Shown here one piece after another: positions 28,683 through 38,785 of a stretch of DNA of 64,000 bases (positions within the stretch are counted from its first letter, which is position 1; each line of letters begins with the position of its first letter). The notes beneath the pieces were generated by a model. The model was not told where the DNA came from. It did not search any database and was given only the letters and a program-made list of their open reading frames with translations. The translations under genes were made by a program, and so were the position numbers. Source of the stretch: Pseudomonadota bacterium (GTDB lineage Bacteria; Pseudomonadota; Gammaproteobacteria; JAKAQQ01); NCBI GenBank assembly GCA_027320085.1, contig DAHVLZ010000019.1:97172-161171 (forward strand), read 5' to 3'.

Positions 28683-31600
28683 TCCATTGGGTTCGTTCCA
28701 GAAGGCCCGGCAGGGGTTTCCGGTAGACCAGCCGAAGGGCGCCTTCCATGCGGTAGGCGGGTTTCTGGCGGTCCATCAGGCTCACGAGGTGGGCCGGGTC
28801 AATGTGCGGGTTCGGGCTGAAAACGATCCGACCGCCCGTGCCCGTGGTTTCGATGCGTTCGATTCCGAGGGCAGTTGCCCGCAGGCGGAAACCGGAGAGG
28901 AGAAAGAGCGTGGCCAGGGGTTCTGGAACGGGTCCGAACCGGTCCGAGAGCTCACTGCTCAGGCGCTCCAGGTCGGAGGGGCCGTCGATTGAGGCCAGCC
29001 GTTTGTAAAGGACCAGGCGCTGGTGGATGTCCGACACGTAGTTTTCCGGGATCAAGGCCGGCTCGTGGAGGTCGATTTCCGTCCTCCGGAAATCGACCAT
29101 GATGGCCGGTTGGGCTGTGCCGGATTTCAGCGACTGGACGGCTTCCCGGACATATTCGGTATACAGGCTGAATCCCACCGCTTCGATCTCTCCGCTCTGG
29201 GCCTGGCCCAATAACTCGCCGGCACCGCGGATCTCGAGGTCCTGCATGGCGAGCAGGAGTCCCGATCCCAGGGCATCGAAGCGGGTGAGCGTTTCCAGGC
29301 GTTTTTCCGCGTCGTCGGCCAGCGCTTCGAGCGAGTGGACGCAGAGGTAGGCGTAAGCCCGGTGGGCGGAGCGGCCGACCCGGCCCCGGAGCTGGTGCAG
29401 CTCAGCCAGACCGAAACGGTCGGCTTCGTGGATGAGCATGGTATTGGCCGTGGGAATGTCGATTCCGCTTTCGATGATCTTGGTCGAAACGAGAACGCTG
29501 AAACGGTGATGGTAGAAATCCGACATGGTCTGCTCGAGTGCGCGTTCCGGCATCTGTCCGTGGGCCTGCCGGACCATTCCAGCCGGGGCCCAGCGGGCGA
29601 TTTCCCGAGCCAGGTCTTCGATACCCCGGATTCTTGGAGTCACGACATAGACCTGTCCACCGCGCTGCAGCTCGCGACCCAGGGCTTCCTGGAGGATGGC
29701 CGGCTTCCATTCGGTGAGGAAGGTCTGGACGGGCAGGCGATCCTTGGGCGGTGTGGAAATGATGCTCAAGGACCGAAGTCCGCCCAAGGCCATGTTGAGG
29801 GTCCGGGGGATCGGTGTGGCCGTGAGGGTGAGTGTGTGGACGTCCTGCTTGAAACGGGCCAGAAGCTCCTTCTGGCGGACGCCGAAGCGGTGTTCTTCGT
29901 CAATGAGGATGAGCCCGAGGCGCTTGAAATCGAGCCGGGCCGTGAGGAGCTTGTGGGTGCCGATCAGGATGTCGATCTCGCCCGCGGCGAGTTTCTCCCG
30001 GATCTGCGCCTGCTCTCGTGCGCCCCGGAACCGGGACAGCATCTCGACTGTGATCGACCAGTTCGCGAAACGGTCGCTGAACGAGTCCAGGTGCTGCTGG
30101 GCGAGGAGCGTCGTGGGAACGAGGACCACGACCTGGTAGCCGGCTTCGACCGCCACCCAGGCGGCCCTGAGGGCGACTTCGGTCTTGCCGAATCCGACAT
30201 CGCCGCAGACCACCCGGTTCATCGGGGTTGGGGACTTGAGATCGTCCATGACCTCCCGGATGGCCTGGGCCTGGTCCGGGGTCTCCTCGAAGGGAAACTC
30301 CAGGGCGAAGCGTTCGTAGGAGACGGGATCCCACTCGAGAACGGGAGCCTGTGCCAGCTGACGCTGGGCATGGGTTTCGAGCAGTTCCACGGCCACGTCG
30401 TGCGCCCGCTTCCGGGCGTCCCGCTTGGCTTTTTCCCATTGACCGCTTCCCAGCCGATGCCAGGGGGCCTGATCGGGGTCCCCTCCGAGGTAGGGGCTGA
30501 CCAAGTGAAGCGAGGCAATGGGGACATAGAGGCGGTCGCCCCCCCAGTACTCGAGATGCAGAAACTCTCCGGCAACGCCGTCGACTTCGAGATGCACGAG
30601 TCCCCGGTAACGTCCGATGCCTTGCATTTCGTGGATGACGGGTGCTCCGGGAGAGAGGGTCTTGAAGTCCTCGATCCGCGCGAGCCATTGCTGGGCGGTT
30701 CTGGATTCAGGACTCCGGACGGGGGGGCTCGTCCAGATCTCGTTTTCGGTGAAAACGGCGACGCCGGCCTCCGGCCAGAGAAAACCTTCCTCGATCGGGG
30801 CCTGGAGGAGGGCCCAGGGTGCCGGGCCCGAGAGGAACGAGTCCCAGTCGCGGGCGAGGGCCGGGGGCGGCGGGGGTCCCTTCGCGAACAGCCGGGTCAG
30901 GGTCTCCCGACGGCCCGGCGAGGCTGCCACGACGAGGCCCCGAAGACGCGTGAGGTCCAGATAAGACCAGAGATGTTGCGCGAGGCGGTCCTGCTCGGTC
31001 CTCGGAATCCGCAACGACGGTGGAATGGGTTCGGCCATCCCCCGTCCGATGGGCTCCCCGTCTGTATCGATCGAGCATCCGATCTCCTCGAAGGGCAATA
31101 ACCGTCCGGCCAGCTCCAATGCGCCGGCGTAGGCCTCGCCGGGAGGCAGGGGGGGCAGGTCGAGTGCGTTTTTCCGCTGGTCATGGAGGGTTAACGTACG
31201 GGTTTGGGCTTCCTCGAGGGCCAGGCGGGAGCCGGGTGCCCACAGGATGCGCGTCGTCGGGTGGCAGTAATCCAAAAGGTGAAAGGGGTTCTCGAAGAAA
31301 AGGGGCAGGTAGGCCTCGAGTCCTTCAACCGGGCCACCCTCGCTCACCGCGCGGTAGACCCCATAGGTTTGAGGGGAGCCTTCGAAATGTTCGCGGAACT
31401 TCAGGCGGAAGTGCCGGATGGAATCCTCGTTGAGAAGCACCTCGCGTGCAGGCAGGAGAACAATGCGGTCCAGGCGTTCGAGGGTGAGTTGACTTTCCGG
31501 ATCGAAACTGCGCAGGGAATCAATCACGAGGTCATTGAGCTCGATCCGGTAGGGGACGGAGGCGGTCGGTGCGAACAGGTCCAGAATCGAACCCCGGATG

Positions 31601-32235
31601 GCCATTTCCCCCGGCCCGCGGACAATGCCCGTCGCACGGTATCCCGCCTGCTCCAGGCGCGTTCTCAGGCTTTCCAGATCCAGTGTTTCCCCGACGGTGA
31701 GAAGCAGGCTGGTCTGGTCGAGAAAGGTCGGTGGGGGTAGTCGTTCACCGAGCGCGCTGGCGGATGCCAGGAGAAGCCGGATGCGTCCCAGGCGGAGTTC
31801 GGAGAGGGTCATGAGTCGCTCCGCAATGATTTCCGGTGCCGGCGAAAAGAGATCGTAAGGAAGGATTTCCCGGTCGGGAAAAGTGCGGAGCCGGCCTTGG
31901 AGACGGCCCTGGCTCAGGTAGTCGAGTTCACGGGTCAGATGCGCGGTGGCTTCGTTGGAGGGGGAGACGACGAGCCAGGGCCTCTCATCCTGCCCCAGAG
32001 CCTCGAGGATCCGGACGGCCAGGAAGGAACCGGCCATTCCCAGCCAGCGGGATTTTGCACCCGCCACCCGTTCGCCGGCCCGGCCCGGCGGCGGGCCGGC
32101 GGCTTTGACAGCTCCGGGTTTCACGGCCCGGAGGAGCCCGCGTTCACGATGGGGGGATGGGCGAGCCTCGAGGGCCCGGAATCCCGCCGTGCCTCCCGGT
32201 ATCGGGAGGCACGGGATCCCCGGGCGGCTGCCCAC
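28636..32235 (-). CDS. mfd: Transcription-repair coupling factor
   Basis: LPYDLFSP, GDVGFGKTEVA, IDEEHRFGV, TATPIPRTL, QLRGRVGRS, DLEIRGAG; true start probably downstream of 32235. Confidence 0.97.
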   Translation of the reverse strand: MGSRPGIPCLPIPGGTAGFRALEARPSPHRERGLLRAVKPGAVKAAGPPPGRAGERVAGAKSRWLGMAGSFLAVRILEALGQDERPWLVVSPSNEATAHLTRELDYLSQGRLQGRLRTFPDREILPYDLFSPAPEIIAERLMTLSELRLGRIRLLLASASALGERLPPPTFLDQTSLLLTVGETLDLESLRTRLEQAGYRATGIVRGPGEMAIRGSILDLFAPTASVPYRIELNDLVIDSLRSFDPESQLTLERLDRIVLLPAREVLLNEDSIRHFRLKFREHFEGSPQTYGVYRAVSEGGPVEGLEAYLPLFFENPFHLLDYCHPTTRILWAPGSRLALEEAQTRTLTLHDQRKNALDLPPLPPGEAYAGALELAGRLLPFEEIGCSIDTDGEPIGRGMAEPIPPSLRIPRTEQDRLAQHLWSYLDLTRLRGLVVAASPGRRETLTRLFAKGPPPPPALARDWDSFLSGPAPWALLQAPIEEGFLWPEAGVAVFTENEIWTSPPVRSPESRTAQQWLARIEDFKTLSPGAPVIHEMQGIGRYRGLVHLEVDGVAGEFLHLEYWGGDRLYVPIASLHLVSPYLGGDPDQAPWHRLGSGQWEKAKRDARKRAHDVAVELLETHAQRQLAQAPVLEWDPVSYERFALEFPFEETPDQAQAIREVMDDLKSPTPMNRVVCGDVGFGKTEVALRAAWVAVEAGYQVVVLVPTTLLAQQHLDSFSDRFANWSITVEMLSRFRGAREQAQIREKLAAGEIDILIGTHKLLTARLDFKRLGLILIDEEHRFGVRQKELLARFKQDVHTLTLTATPIPRTLNMALGGLRSLSIISTPPKDRLPVQTFLTEWKPAILQEALGRELQRGGQVYVVTPRIRGIEDLAREIARWAPAGMVRQAHGQMPERALEQTMSDFYHHRFSVLVSTKIIESGIDIPTANTMLIHEADRFGLAELHQLRGRVGRSAHRAYAYLCVHSLEALADDAEKRLETLTRFDALGSGLLLAMQDLEIRGAGELLGQAQSGEIEAVGFSLYTEYVREAVQSLKSGTAQPAIMVDFRRTEIDLHEPALIPENYVSDIHQRLVLYKRLASIDGPSDLERLSSELSDRFGPVPEPLATLFLLSGFRLRATALGIERIETTGTGGRIVFSPNPHIDPAHLVSLMDRQKPAYRMEGALRLVYRKPLPGLLERTQWIDEILTILGGSPATP

Positions 32236-32247
32236 TCCCGCCGGTCG

Positions 32248-35200
32248 TCAGCGGGTTCGGTGCGTGTGAGACGGATGGGCATGGGGGAGGGGGGGGTAGG
32301 CGGGTAGCCAGGGTGGTTTGGGGGCCCGAGGCACGGGATGGGTCTTGAGTTTCCGCATCAGGTAGGAAACCGCGGTCAGGAGCTGTGCATCCTGGCCCCG
32401 ACGGAGTTGGCCCGGTTCGTCGTGGACCACGATATTGGGCCTGACCCCATAGTTTTCCACCGTCCATTGGCCGTGGCGGTTGTAGAGGGCGATCTCGGAA
32501 ACCACGAGGGTGCCGCCATCCTCCAGGGGCAGGGGCCGGAAATAGCCCCGCACGCCTCCCCAGGTCCGGCTGCCGATGACGGGCCCCAGATGGTATTTCT
32601 CGAATTCGTAGGCAAAAATGTCACCGTCCGATGCGGATCCATGGTTGACCAGAGCCGCGAGGTAACCGGGGAAGACGTTCGCGGGAACCCGGAACACCCC
32701 GCGCTCCCGGTCGATGAAATAAGCCACGAGACGGCGGGTCAGCCGGTCGAACAGCATGTCATCGATGAACCCGCCGGTATTCCAGCGTTCGTCGATGATG
32801 AGGGCCTTTTTGTGCAGCTGATGATAGAACTGGCGGATGAACTCATTGAGTCCCATCCCCCCCATGTTGGCGAGGTAGAGATAGCCGATCCGCCCGTGGG
32901 AAAGCCGCCGGACCAGGTGACGGTTGTGGCGGATCCAGGCCAGGAGATGGAGCTTCGTCTGGTTGGCGATGGGCCGGACCCGGATGACCCAGCTGTCGCG
33001 GGAGGCGCCTGTTTTGCTCAGACGAAGTCGGAGGGTATGCCCGACCGTATGTTCGAGGAGCGCGTAGGGATTGGTCGGCCCGCGCAGCGGAGTCCCGTTG
33101 ATGGCGAGGAGGAAATCTCCCCGGTGAACCCGAAGCCCGGGCTGGGCCAGCGGGGCGGTGTAGTTTTTGAGGGTGTTGTTGCCGTGAAAGATGCGGACGA
33201 TCCGGTAGCGGTCATTGTGTCGATCGAGCGCGAGGTGGGCACCCAAAAGCCCGGTGGGGACTGCTGGCACCTGAAGTCCGGTATCGCCTCCGAAAACGAA
33301 CATGTGAGATTCATCCAGGGAACCGATCATGTTGCCGATGAGGTAGTTCAGGTCCTGTCGTGTGGCCACGAGGGGGAGCAGCCGGGCATAGCGTTCACCG
33401 ATGCGTTTCCAGTTGTGACCGTTGAAACTGGGATTGACGAAGTAGGCACGGACCTTGCGCCAGGCGGACCAGTAGATCTCGTGCCATTCCGTGGCGGGCC
33501 GGATCCGGATCCAGAGCTGGTGGAGGGGAACCGGCCGGGGGTGGAGCGGAGCGGGTACGGCCGGGACTTCAAAAAAGTGGGGTCCTGCCGCATAGAGCAG
33601 GAATTGGCCGTTGTGGCTCAGGACGAACGACGAGGGCCCCTTGAGCCACTCCCGGCCCGAGCGCCGGCGCAGCGAAAAGCGGTCGATGGCGGGAGGAGTG
33701 ACCGGAAGCGGGCCATTGACGGTGGGGAGCGGCTGCACTTCGTAGTAAAGCGCCGTCCGGGTGGCCGCCAGTTCGGAGATATCGGCGGGTGGAACGGGCA
33801 GTTGGACCACACGGTCGATGGCCTTGTGCCAATCGATCGTGAGCCGCTTGGCTTTTGGCTTTTTCTTGGCGCCGGGTCGGGGGACCACAGGGTGCGGGAC
33901 GGGAGGATGCGGTGGGTGGCTTCCCCGGATCGCGAGCGGGGAGGGGATGGCGGGGTTGAGCGTCATGGCATACAGGCCGTCCGCATCGACCACGGCAAAA
34001 TTCATGCCCGTGGCGCTGAGCGCGGGATTGGTATGGCGTGCCGAAACAAAGTAGAGGTAGCGTCCGGCGGGATCGAAAACCGGATCGCTGTCTGAGGCGT
34101 ATCCTCGTGTGACTGGATGCACATGATTGTTTGTCAGGTGATTGAGCCAGATGACGCCCAGACCATTCCGTCCGGCCCGGCTGTAGGCCAGCCATTGTGA
34201 GTCGGGCGACCAGGAATAGTCGTGGATCCAGCTATAGCGGTCCTGGGTGATCCGCACGAGCTTTCGGGTGTCCACATTGACCCGCCAGAGCCGCCTCGCG
34301 CTGTCGGCAAAGGCGATCCAGCGGCTGTTCGGCGACCAGAGCGGTCCGTAGAGGTGGGCGGTCCTGAAATGGGTGAGGATCCGGACCCGGTGCGGATAGG
34401 TGAGCGACCGGATCGCGATTTCGCTGTGACCGGTCTGGTCGGTGACGTAGGCCACCCATTTCCCGCTCGGGGACGCGACCGGCATGGTGAGATCGGCCCG
34501 GGAGGTGGGAATCAGGTTTTCCGTGGTGCCGTGGTGCAACGGGACCCGGAACAGATGGCCGCGGGCGCCGAAAAAGGCGATCCGGCCGCGGCTGGACAGA
34601 CTGTAGCTCTGGATCGACTTCCAGGCCTTGATCCACACCGGGTGGCGACGGACGCCGTCCAGAGGGAGACGGACGTGCACCCGGACGAGCCGGTGGGTGG
34701 GCAGCTCATAGCAGTAGAGATGGCCTCCGTCCTGGAAGACGATGCCGGTATTGCCGAGGCTCGGCCAGTCGATGTCATAGCGGTGGAAGAAGGTCAACTG
34801 TCGCTTGTGCCCCGTGGCCAGATTGTCGGACCAGAGGTTGAGCACGCCCGTGGGGCCGCGATCGGAGGCGTAGTAGAGATGGCGGTGTCCCCATAGGGGA
34901 AAAGTCGATGTGCCCGGCCAGCGGGTGATGGCACGGATCCGACCGCTCCGGAAGTGGTAAATCCAGATTTTCTGGGCCCAGCCGCCCCGGTAGTGTTTCC
35001 GGTGAAAGCTCTGGTTGCGATAGAGCTTGTTATAAGCGACCCTGTGGCCGTGGGGGCTCAGGGCCAAAGGTCCACTCCATGGCAGCGGGAGGGGACGGGC
35101 CAGGCCGCCTGTCACCGGTACCGTGAAGGCTTTGAGGTATTCGGGGCTGGTGCTGTCACGACGCGAGAGAAAGATGACCCGGTGGCTCGTGGGCGTCCAT

Positions 35201-35553
35201 CCCACGACCAGACCGGGGCGGTAGGTCAGACGGCGAGCATAGCCTCCGTGTGCCGGAATCAGGTAAACATCCGCACTGCCTTCGTACCAGCCGGTGAAGG
35301 CAATCCAGCGTCCGTTGGGTGAAAACAAGGGATGGCTGTCATAGCCGGTATCCGCCGTGAGACGAATGGCGGTCCCGCCCGCGAGTTTGACCTCCCACAG
35401 GTTGCCTGCCGCCTCGAAGACGATGCTCTGGTTGTGGATGGTGGGAAACCGGATCAGGGCCCGGATGGCCCCGAAGGCGGGCAGGTTGAGGCTGATCCAT
35501 GCGCATGCCATGGCGAACGCCACGGCTTTCCAGTAACGGACAGGACTGGACAT
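32248..35553 (-). CDS. Tricorn-like S41 protease (beta-propellers, PDZ, catalytic domain)
   Basis: Signal peptide; FSPNG/WSPD repeats; IIDERWNTGG, SASDGD, IGSRTWGG, ENYGVRP. Confidence 0.93.
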   Translation of the reverse strand: MSSPVRYWKAVAFAMACAWISLNLPAFGAIRALIRFPTIHNQSIVFEAAGNLWEVKLAGGTAIRLTADTGYDSHPLFSPNGRWIAFTGWYEGSADVYLIPAHGGYARRLTYRPGLVVGWTPTSHRVIFLSRRDSTSPEYLKAFTVPVTGGLARPLPLPWSGPLALSPHGHRVAYNKLYRNQSFHRKHYRGGWAQKIWIYHFRSGRIRAITRWPGTSTFPLWGHRHLYYASDRGPTGVLNLWSDNLATGHKRQLTFFHRYDIDWPSLGNTGIVFQDGGHLYCYELPTHRLVRVHVRLPLDGVRRHPVWIKAWKSIQSYSLSSRGRIAFFGARGHLFRVPLHHGTTENLIPTSRADLTMPVASPSGKWVAYVTDQTGHSEIAIRSLTYPHRVRILTHFRTAHLYGPLWSPNSRWIAFADSARRLWRVNVDTRKLVRITQDRYSWIHDYSWSPDSQWLAYSRAGRNGLGVIWLNHLTNNHVHPVTRGYASDSDPVFDPAGRYLYFVSARHTNPALSATGMNFAVVDADGLYAMTLNPAIPSPLAIRGSHPPHPPVPHPVVPRPGAKKKPKAKRLTIDWHKAIDRVVQLPVPPADISELAATRTALYYEVQPLPTVNGPLPVTPPAIDRFSLRRRSGREWLKGPSSFVLSHNGQFLLYAAGPHFFEVPAVPAPLHPRPVPLHQLWIRIRPATEWHEIYWSAWRKVRAYFVNPSFNGHNWKRIGERYARLLPLVATRQDLNYLIGNMIGSLDESHMFVFGGDTGLQVPAVPTGLLGAHLALDRHNDRYRIVRIFHGNNTLKNYTAPLAQPGLRVHRGDFLLAINGTPLRGPTNPYALLEHTVGHTLRLRLSKTGASRDSWVIRVRPIANQTKLHLLAWIRHNRHLVRRLSHGRIGYLYLANMGGMGLNEFIRQFYHQLHKKALIIDERWNTGGFIDDMLFDRLTRRLVAYFIDRERGVFRVPANVFPGYLAALVNHGSASDGDIFAYEFEKYHLGPVIGSRTWGGVRGYFRPLPLEDGGTLVVSEIALYNRHGQWTVENYGVRPNIVVHDEPGQLRRGQDAQLLTAVSYLMRKLKTHPVPRAPKPPWLPAYPPLPHAHPSHTHRTR

Positions 35554-35753
35554 AGGGGGGGTCTCCCGGAAGATCACCTTATTTTAATCAGGAAAAGGCG
35601 TTCACCACGATCTCAGGGGAGGCCAAGGCCGGGAGGCGGGAGCGGGATGCGGGGGGTCGGATCATGGGATTTCTCGGGTAATGGACACGGACAGCCCCAC
35701 CGGTCCAAAATAACGGCACAGGTTTTCGTTATCGCAGATCTCCACTTCTGTCC

Positions 35754-36443
35754 ATGACCCAGAGGATCGCCCCCGTGAAAAGATCGCTTCTTGCCATGAC
35801 CGGTGTCCTGTGTGTGGCCTTGGCCTCCTGTGCCACCGAACATCCGGCTCCGCCCAAGGCGAAACCGGCCCCCCACGTGACCCAGGCACTGCCCAGTTCA
35901 TCGACCAGCCTGCGGGCGGCTCAGGCGCTGGCGGCGCGGCAGCGACGCCAGGCCGCCTTTCGGGCCTGGATGAAAAGCCATCCCGGCCTGGCGTACCGGT
36001 CGGTGTATTTCAACTTCAACCGGTCCCGTGTCCACAATCGTTACGAAAAGATGCTCAAGGCACAGGCCCAGTACCTGTTTGCGCATGCCCGGGCGGTTGT
36101 CCGGCTGGAAGGCAACTGCGATGAACGCGGGACGGTCGGCTACAACCTGGCACTGGGCCAGAAACGGGCCCATGCCGTGGCTGAACTGCTCGAATCCCTG
36201 GGGACCAACCCGGCCCAGGTCGAAATTGTGAGCTACGGCAAGCAACGCCCCGTGGCGCAGGGCAACAACCCGGCAGCCTGGGCCGTGAACCGCCGTGTGG
36301 ACATCGTCTATATGCGCAGGCCACCCAAGGGGTGCGTGCCGGTCTTGCCGGCAAAGGACCGGTCGAAGTCCCGTCACTGGCGGATGCGCGAACTCAGTCG
36401 CCTCAAGAACCGCCTGTGTCAGGGAGCCACTTTTTCGAAGTAA
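35754..36443 (+). CDS. pal: Pal/OmpA-family peptidoglycan-associated lipoprotein
   Basis: Lipobox LASC; VYFNFN, LEGNCDERGT..YNLALGQKRA, VSYGK, NRRV. Confidence 0.85.
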   Translation: MTQRIAPVKRSLLAMTGVLCVALASCATEHPAPPKAKPAPHVTQALPSSSTSLRAAQALAARQRRQAAFRAWMKSHPGLAYRSVYFNFNRSRVHNRYEKMLKAQAQYLFAHARAVVRLEGNCDERGTVGYNLALGQKRAHAVAELLESLGTNPAQVEIVSYGKQRPVAQGNNPAAWAVNRRVDIVYMRRPPKGCVPVLPAKDRSKSRHWRMRELSRLKNRLCQGATFSK

Positions 36444-36476
36444 ATCAAAACCCGAAGGAACACCGCACGGCAGGTA

Positions 36477-36815
36477 TCAGGACGGGGGAGGGGCTGCTCG
36501 GATATCGGGCATCTCCTCCACCGTCCGGATGAGGGGTTTGCCCCAGCCCGGATGAACCAGGAGTTCTCCCCGCTGCCGGTGGAGCCCGTCCGGGGAAAAA
36601 TCGAATTCGTACCGCCGCACGAGGGCCCAACCGCGGGCCGTGCGGCTCAGGCGAAGTGATTTCAGGCTCACGGTTTCGTCCAGGAACTGCCAGCCCATCT
36701 CTTCGCAATACTGGCGACCGTACGCGGCCAAGGCGGCCTTGCGGTCGGTCTGGCCGATCACCGAAAGCGTGACGGCCGCCCCGACGGCGAGCCCGATCAA
36801 GCCCAGAAGCGTCAT
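36477..36815 (-). CDS. DUF3301-like small membrane protein
   Basis: N-terminal TM; C..MGWQFLDETV, RRYEFDFS.DG..R.RG. Confidence 0.75.
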   Translation of the reverse strand: MTLLGLIGLAVGAAVTLSVIGQTDRKAALAAYGRQYCEEMGWQFLDETVSLKSLRLSRTARGWALVRRYEFDFSPDGLHRQRGELLVHPGWGKPLIRTVEEMPDIRAAPPPS

Positions 36816-36887
36816 CCGGAAGTCCTGTTTTCGTCTCCACCCAAGGCTAGCACAGGCCCGGGGCGGGCGAGCCGCCTACGGGCCCGC

Positions 36888-38516
36888 CTACGGGCCGACC
36901 TCGTAAGCCGTTTCCGGACGCCTGTGCAGGTCGTGGGTGATGGCCGTGAACACGGCCTGGGTATGATCCCGGTCCAGACTGTTCCACAGGGCCAAGGCGA
37001 GAATGACGAGGCTCCACGCCGCGACGAGGAGGTTGCAGTTCAGGAAACTGAGGAGGTGGATTCCCCCCAGGCGGGCCGGCCCGAGCCAGGTGAGCCCCCA
37101 GAGTCCGCCGAAATAGGGAACCAGCCACAGGGCATGAAAAGCGTTCAGGGGAGGGACGGGCCGGCGACGCCCATATTTCTGGAACGCGTAGTAAGCCATG
37201 TAGATCGTGAACAGGCCGAGCAGGATTCCGAAGACGTAGCTGTCCGTTTTGAATCCGGTCCAGACAATGATCCAGTTGGCGACGATGAAGGCGATGGGGG
37301 CGATGACCCAGGCCCAGCGCAGACGGAAACGGCGTTCCAGGTCCGGCAGGCGTTTGCGTAACTGGAGCAGGACCACGGGCCCGATGCCGTAAGACAGGAC
37401 GGTTGAGGAGGAAATCACGGCGACCAGCTTCTGCCAGGACGGGAAGGGGAACAGGAAGATCGCACCAATCACGAACGTCGCAATGAGGGCCGCCCACGGG
37501 ACCCCCCGTGCGCTGATCAGGGTGAGCCGGCTTGGGCCCGATCCCACCTCACCGGTGGCCATGAGGATGCGGGAGGTGGTCGTGGTGTAAATGAAGGCCG
37601 TGCCGGTGGGAGAGACCACGGCATTGAGATAAATGAAATAACTCCACCAGACCGCACCCGCCGCGACCACCATGGTGGCCAGTGGCCCGGCGGATCCCTT
37701 GAACCGGAGTCCGGCCCATCCGTCCTTCAGGATCAGGGCCGGGTTGATCGAGCCCAGGATCGCGTATTGCAATCCGACGTAAATGAGGGTGGAAATGATG
37801 ACGGAACCGACGACCGCGAACGGAATGTTGCGGCGGGGATCCTGGGTCTCCCCGGCCAGGTCGATCGCCTGACGGAACCCCAGAAAGCTGAAAATGATCC
37901 CGGCCGTGGCCACCGAGGTGAAAAGCCCGTCACGCGGAGTGCTCTGGAGCGCGAGGGTGAGATTGCCGGGATGAAAGGAGAAGGACAAGAGGACCGCGAT
38001 CGTCACGATCGCGATCAGGATTTTCCACCAGGTGGCGGTGCTGTTGATGAACAGAACCCACCGGATGGCGAGGAAATTCATGGCTACGATGAGCGCGAGC
38101 AGGACGATCGAGATTCCGTAGCCCCATTCGGTCAGAAGATGCTGGGGGCCGTGGACGAGGCCGGGAAAGTAGTTGTTGGCATAGTACAGGACCGCGAGCA
38201 CCTCGACCGGGGGTACCGTCACGTAGGCCAGAAACAGGATCCAGCTCCAGATGCGTCCGACCAGTTCGCCGTGACTCAGGTGGCTCAGGTGAACCAGAAC
38301 GCCGCTTTTGGGGACGAGAATGGCCAGTTCGGCGAAGACGAACGCGAGGAGCAGGACGGCGATGGCGCCGATCAGCCACGACCCGATGCTCCAGGGACCG
38401 GCCAGCTGCATGGCCAGAAAGGGTCCCAAAAGCCAGCCGGATCCGATGATCCCGGAGACACTCGAATAGAGCAACCCGATCCGACCCGCATCCCGTTTCA
38501 GGCGGTGTTGGGTCAC
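36888..38516 (-). CDS. APC-family amino acid permease
   Basis: IIGSGWL, FAELA..PKSG, FSFLGFRQA; many TM segments. Confidence 0.93.
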   Translation of the reverse strand: MTQHRLKRDAGRIGLLYSSVSGIIGSGWLLGPFLAMQLAGPWSIGSWLIGAIAVLLLAFVFAELAILVPKSGVLVHLSHLSHGELVGRIWSWILFLAYVTVPPVEVLAVLYYANNYFPGLVHGPQHLLTEWGYGISIVLLALIVAMNFLAIRWVLFINSTATWWKILIAIVTIAVLLSFSFHPGNLTLALQSTPRDGLFTSVATAGIIFSFLGFRQAIDLAGETQDPRRNIPFAVVGSVIISTLIYVGLQYAILGSINPALILKDGWAGLRFKGSAGPLATMVVAAGAVWWSYFIYLNAVVSPTGTAFIYTTTTSRILMATGEVGSGPSRLTLISARGVPWAALIATFVIGAIFLFPFPSWQKLVAVISSSTVLSYGIGPVVLLQLRKRLPDLERRFRLRWAWVIAPIAFIVANWIIVWTGFKTDSYVFGILLGLFTIYMAYYAFQKYGRRRPVPPLNAFHALWLVPYFGGLWGLTWLGPARLGGIHLLSFLNCNLLVAAWSLVILALALWNSLDRDHTQAVFTAITHDLHRRPETAYEVGP

Positions 38517-38709
38517 GAGGTGCCCGAAAGGATGGGGGCAGGGGGCCTGCCGGATGATCCCGCTTGTGGGTGGCGATTCCTTCCCCGGCTGAGAATGGCT
38601 GTCCGCTCGTGGGCTTTGGAGACTCCGGACCTGCCGGGACCGGGAAGCGGATCCTTGCTTGCGGGGCGGTTCAAGGCTCCAGACATGGAAAAAACCGGAA
38701 GTCCGATTC

Positions 38710-38735
38710 GTTACAATAGTTCTACCTATTGTAAC
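38710..38735. promoter_or_regulatory. Perfect 10-6-10 inverted repeat, putative operator
   Basis: GTTACAATAG-TTCTAC-CTATTGTAAC, AT-rich, between divergent genes. Confidence 0.6.
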
Positions 38736-38785
38736 CAGAAGATTCCCTCACCGCCGGATTCCCGGCGGAGGGGCGGAGGTCTCAG

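Noticed and set aside
29335-34095. Long + strand ORFs 29335..31101 and 32338..34095
   Set aside because: Antisense shadows of mfd and tricorn, expected in high-GC DNA; no motifs.
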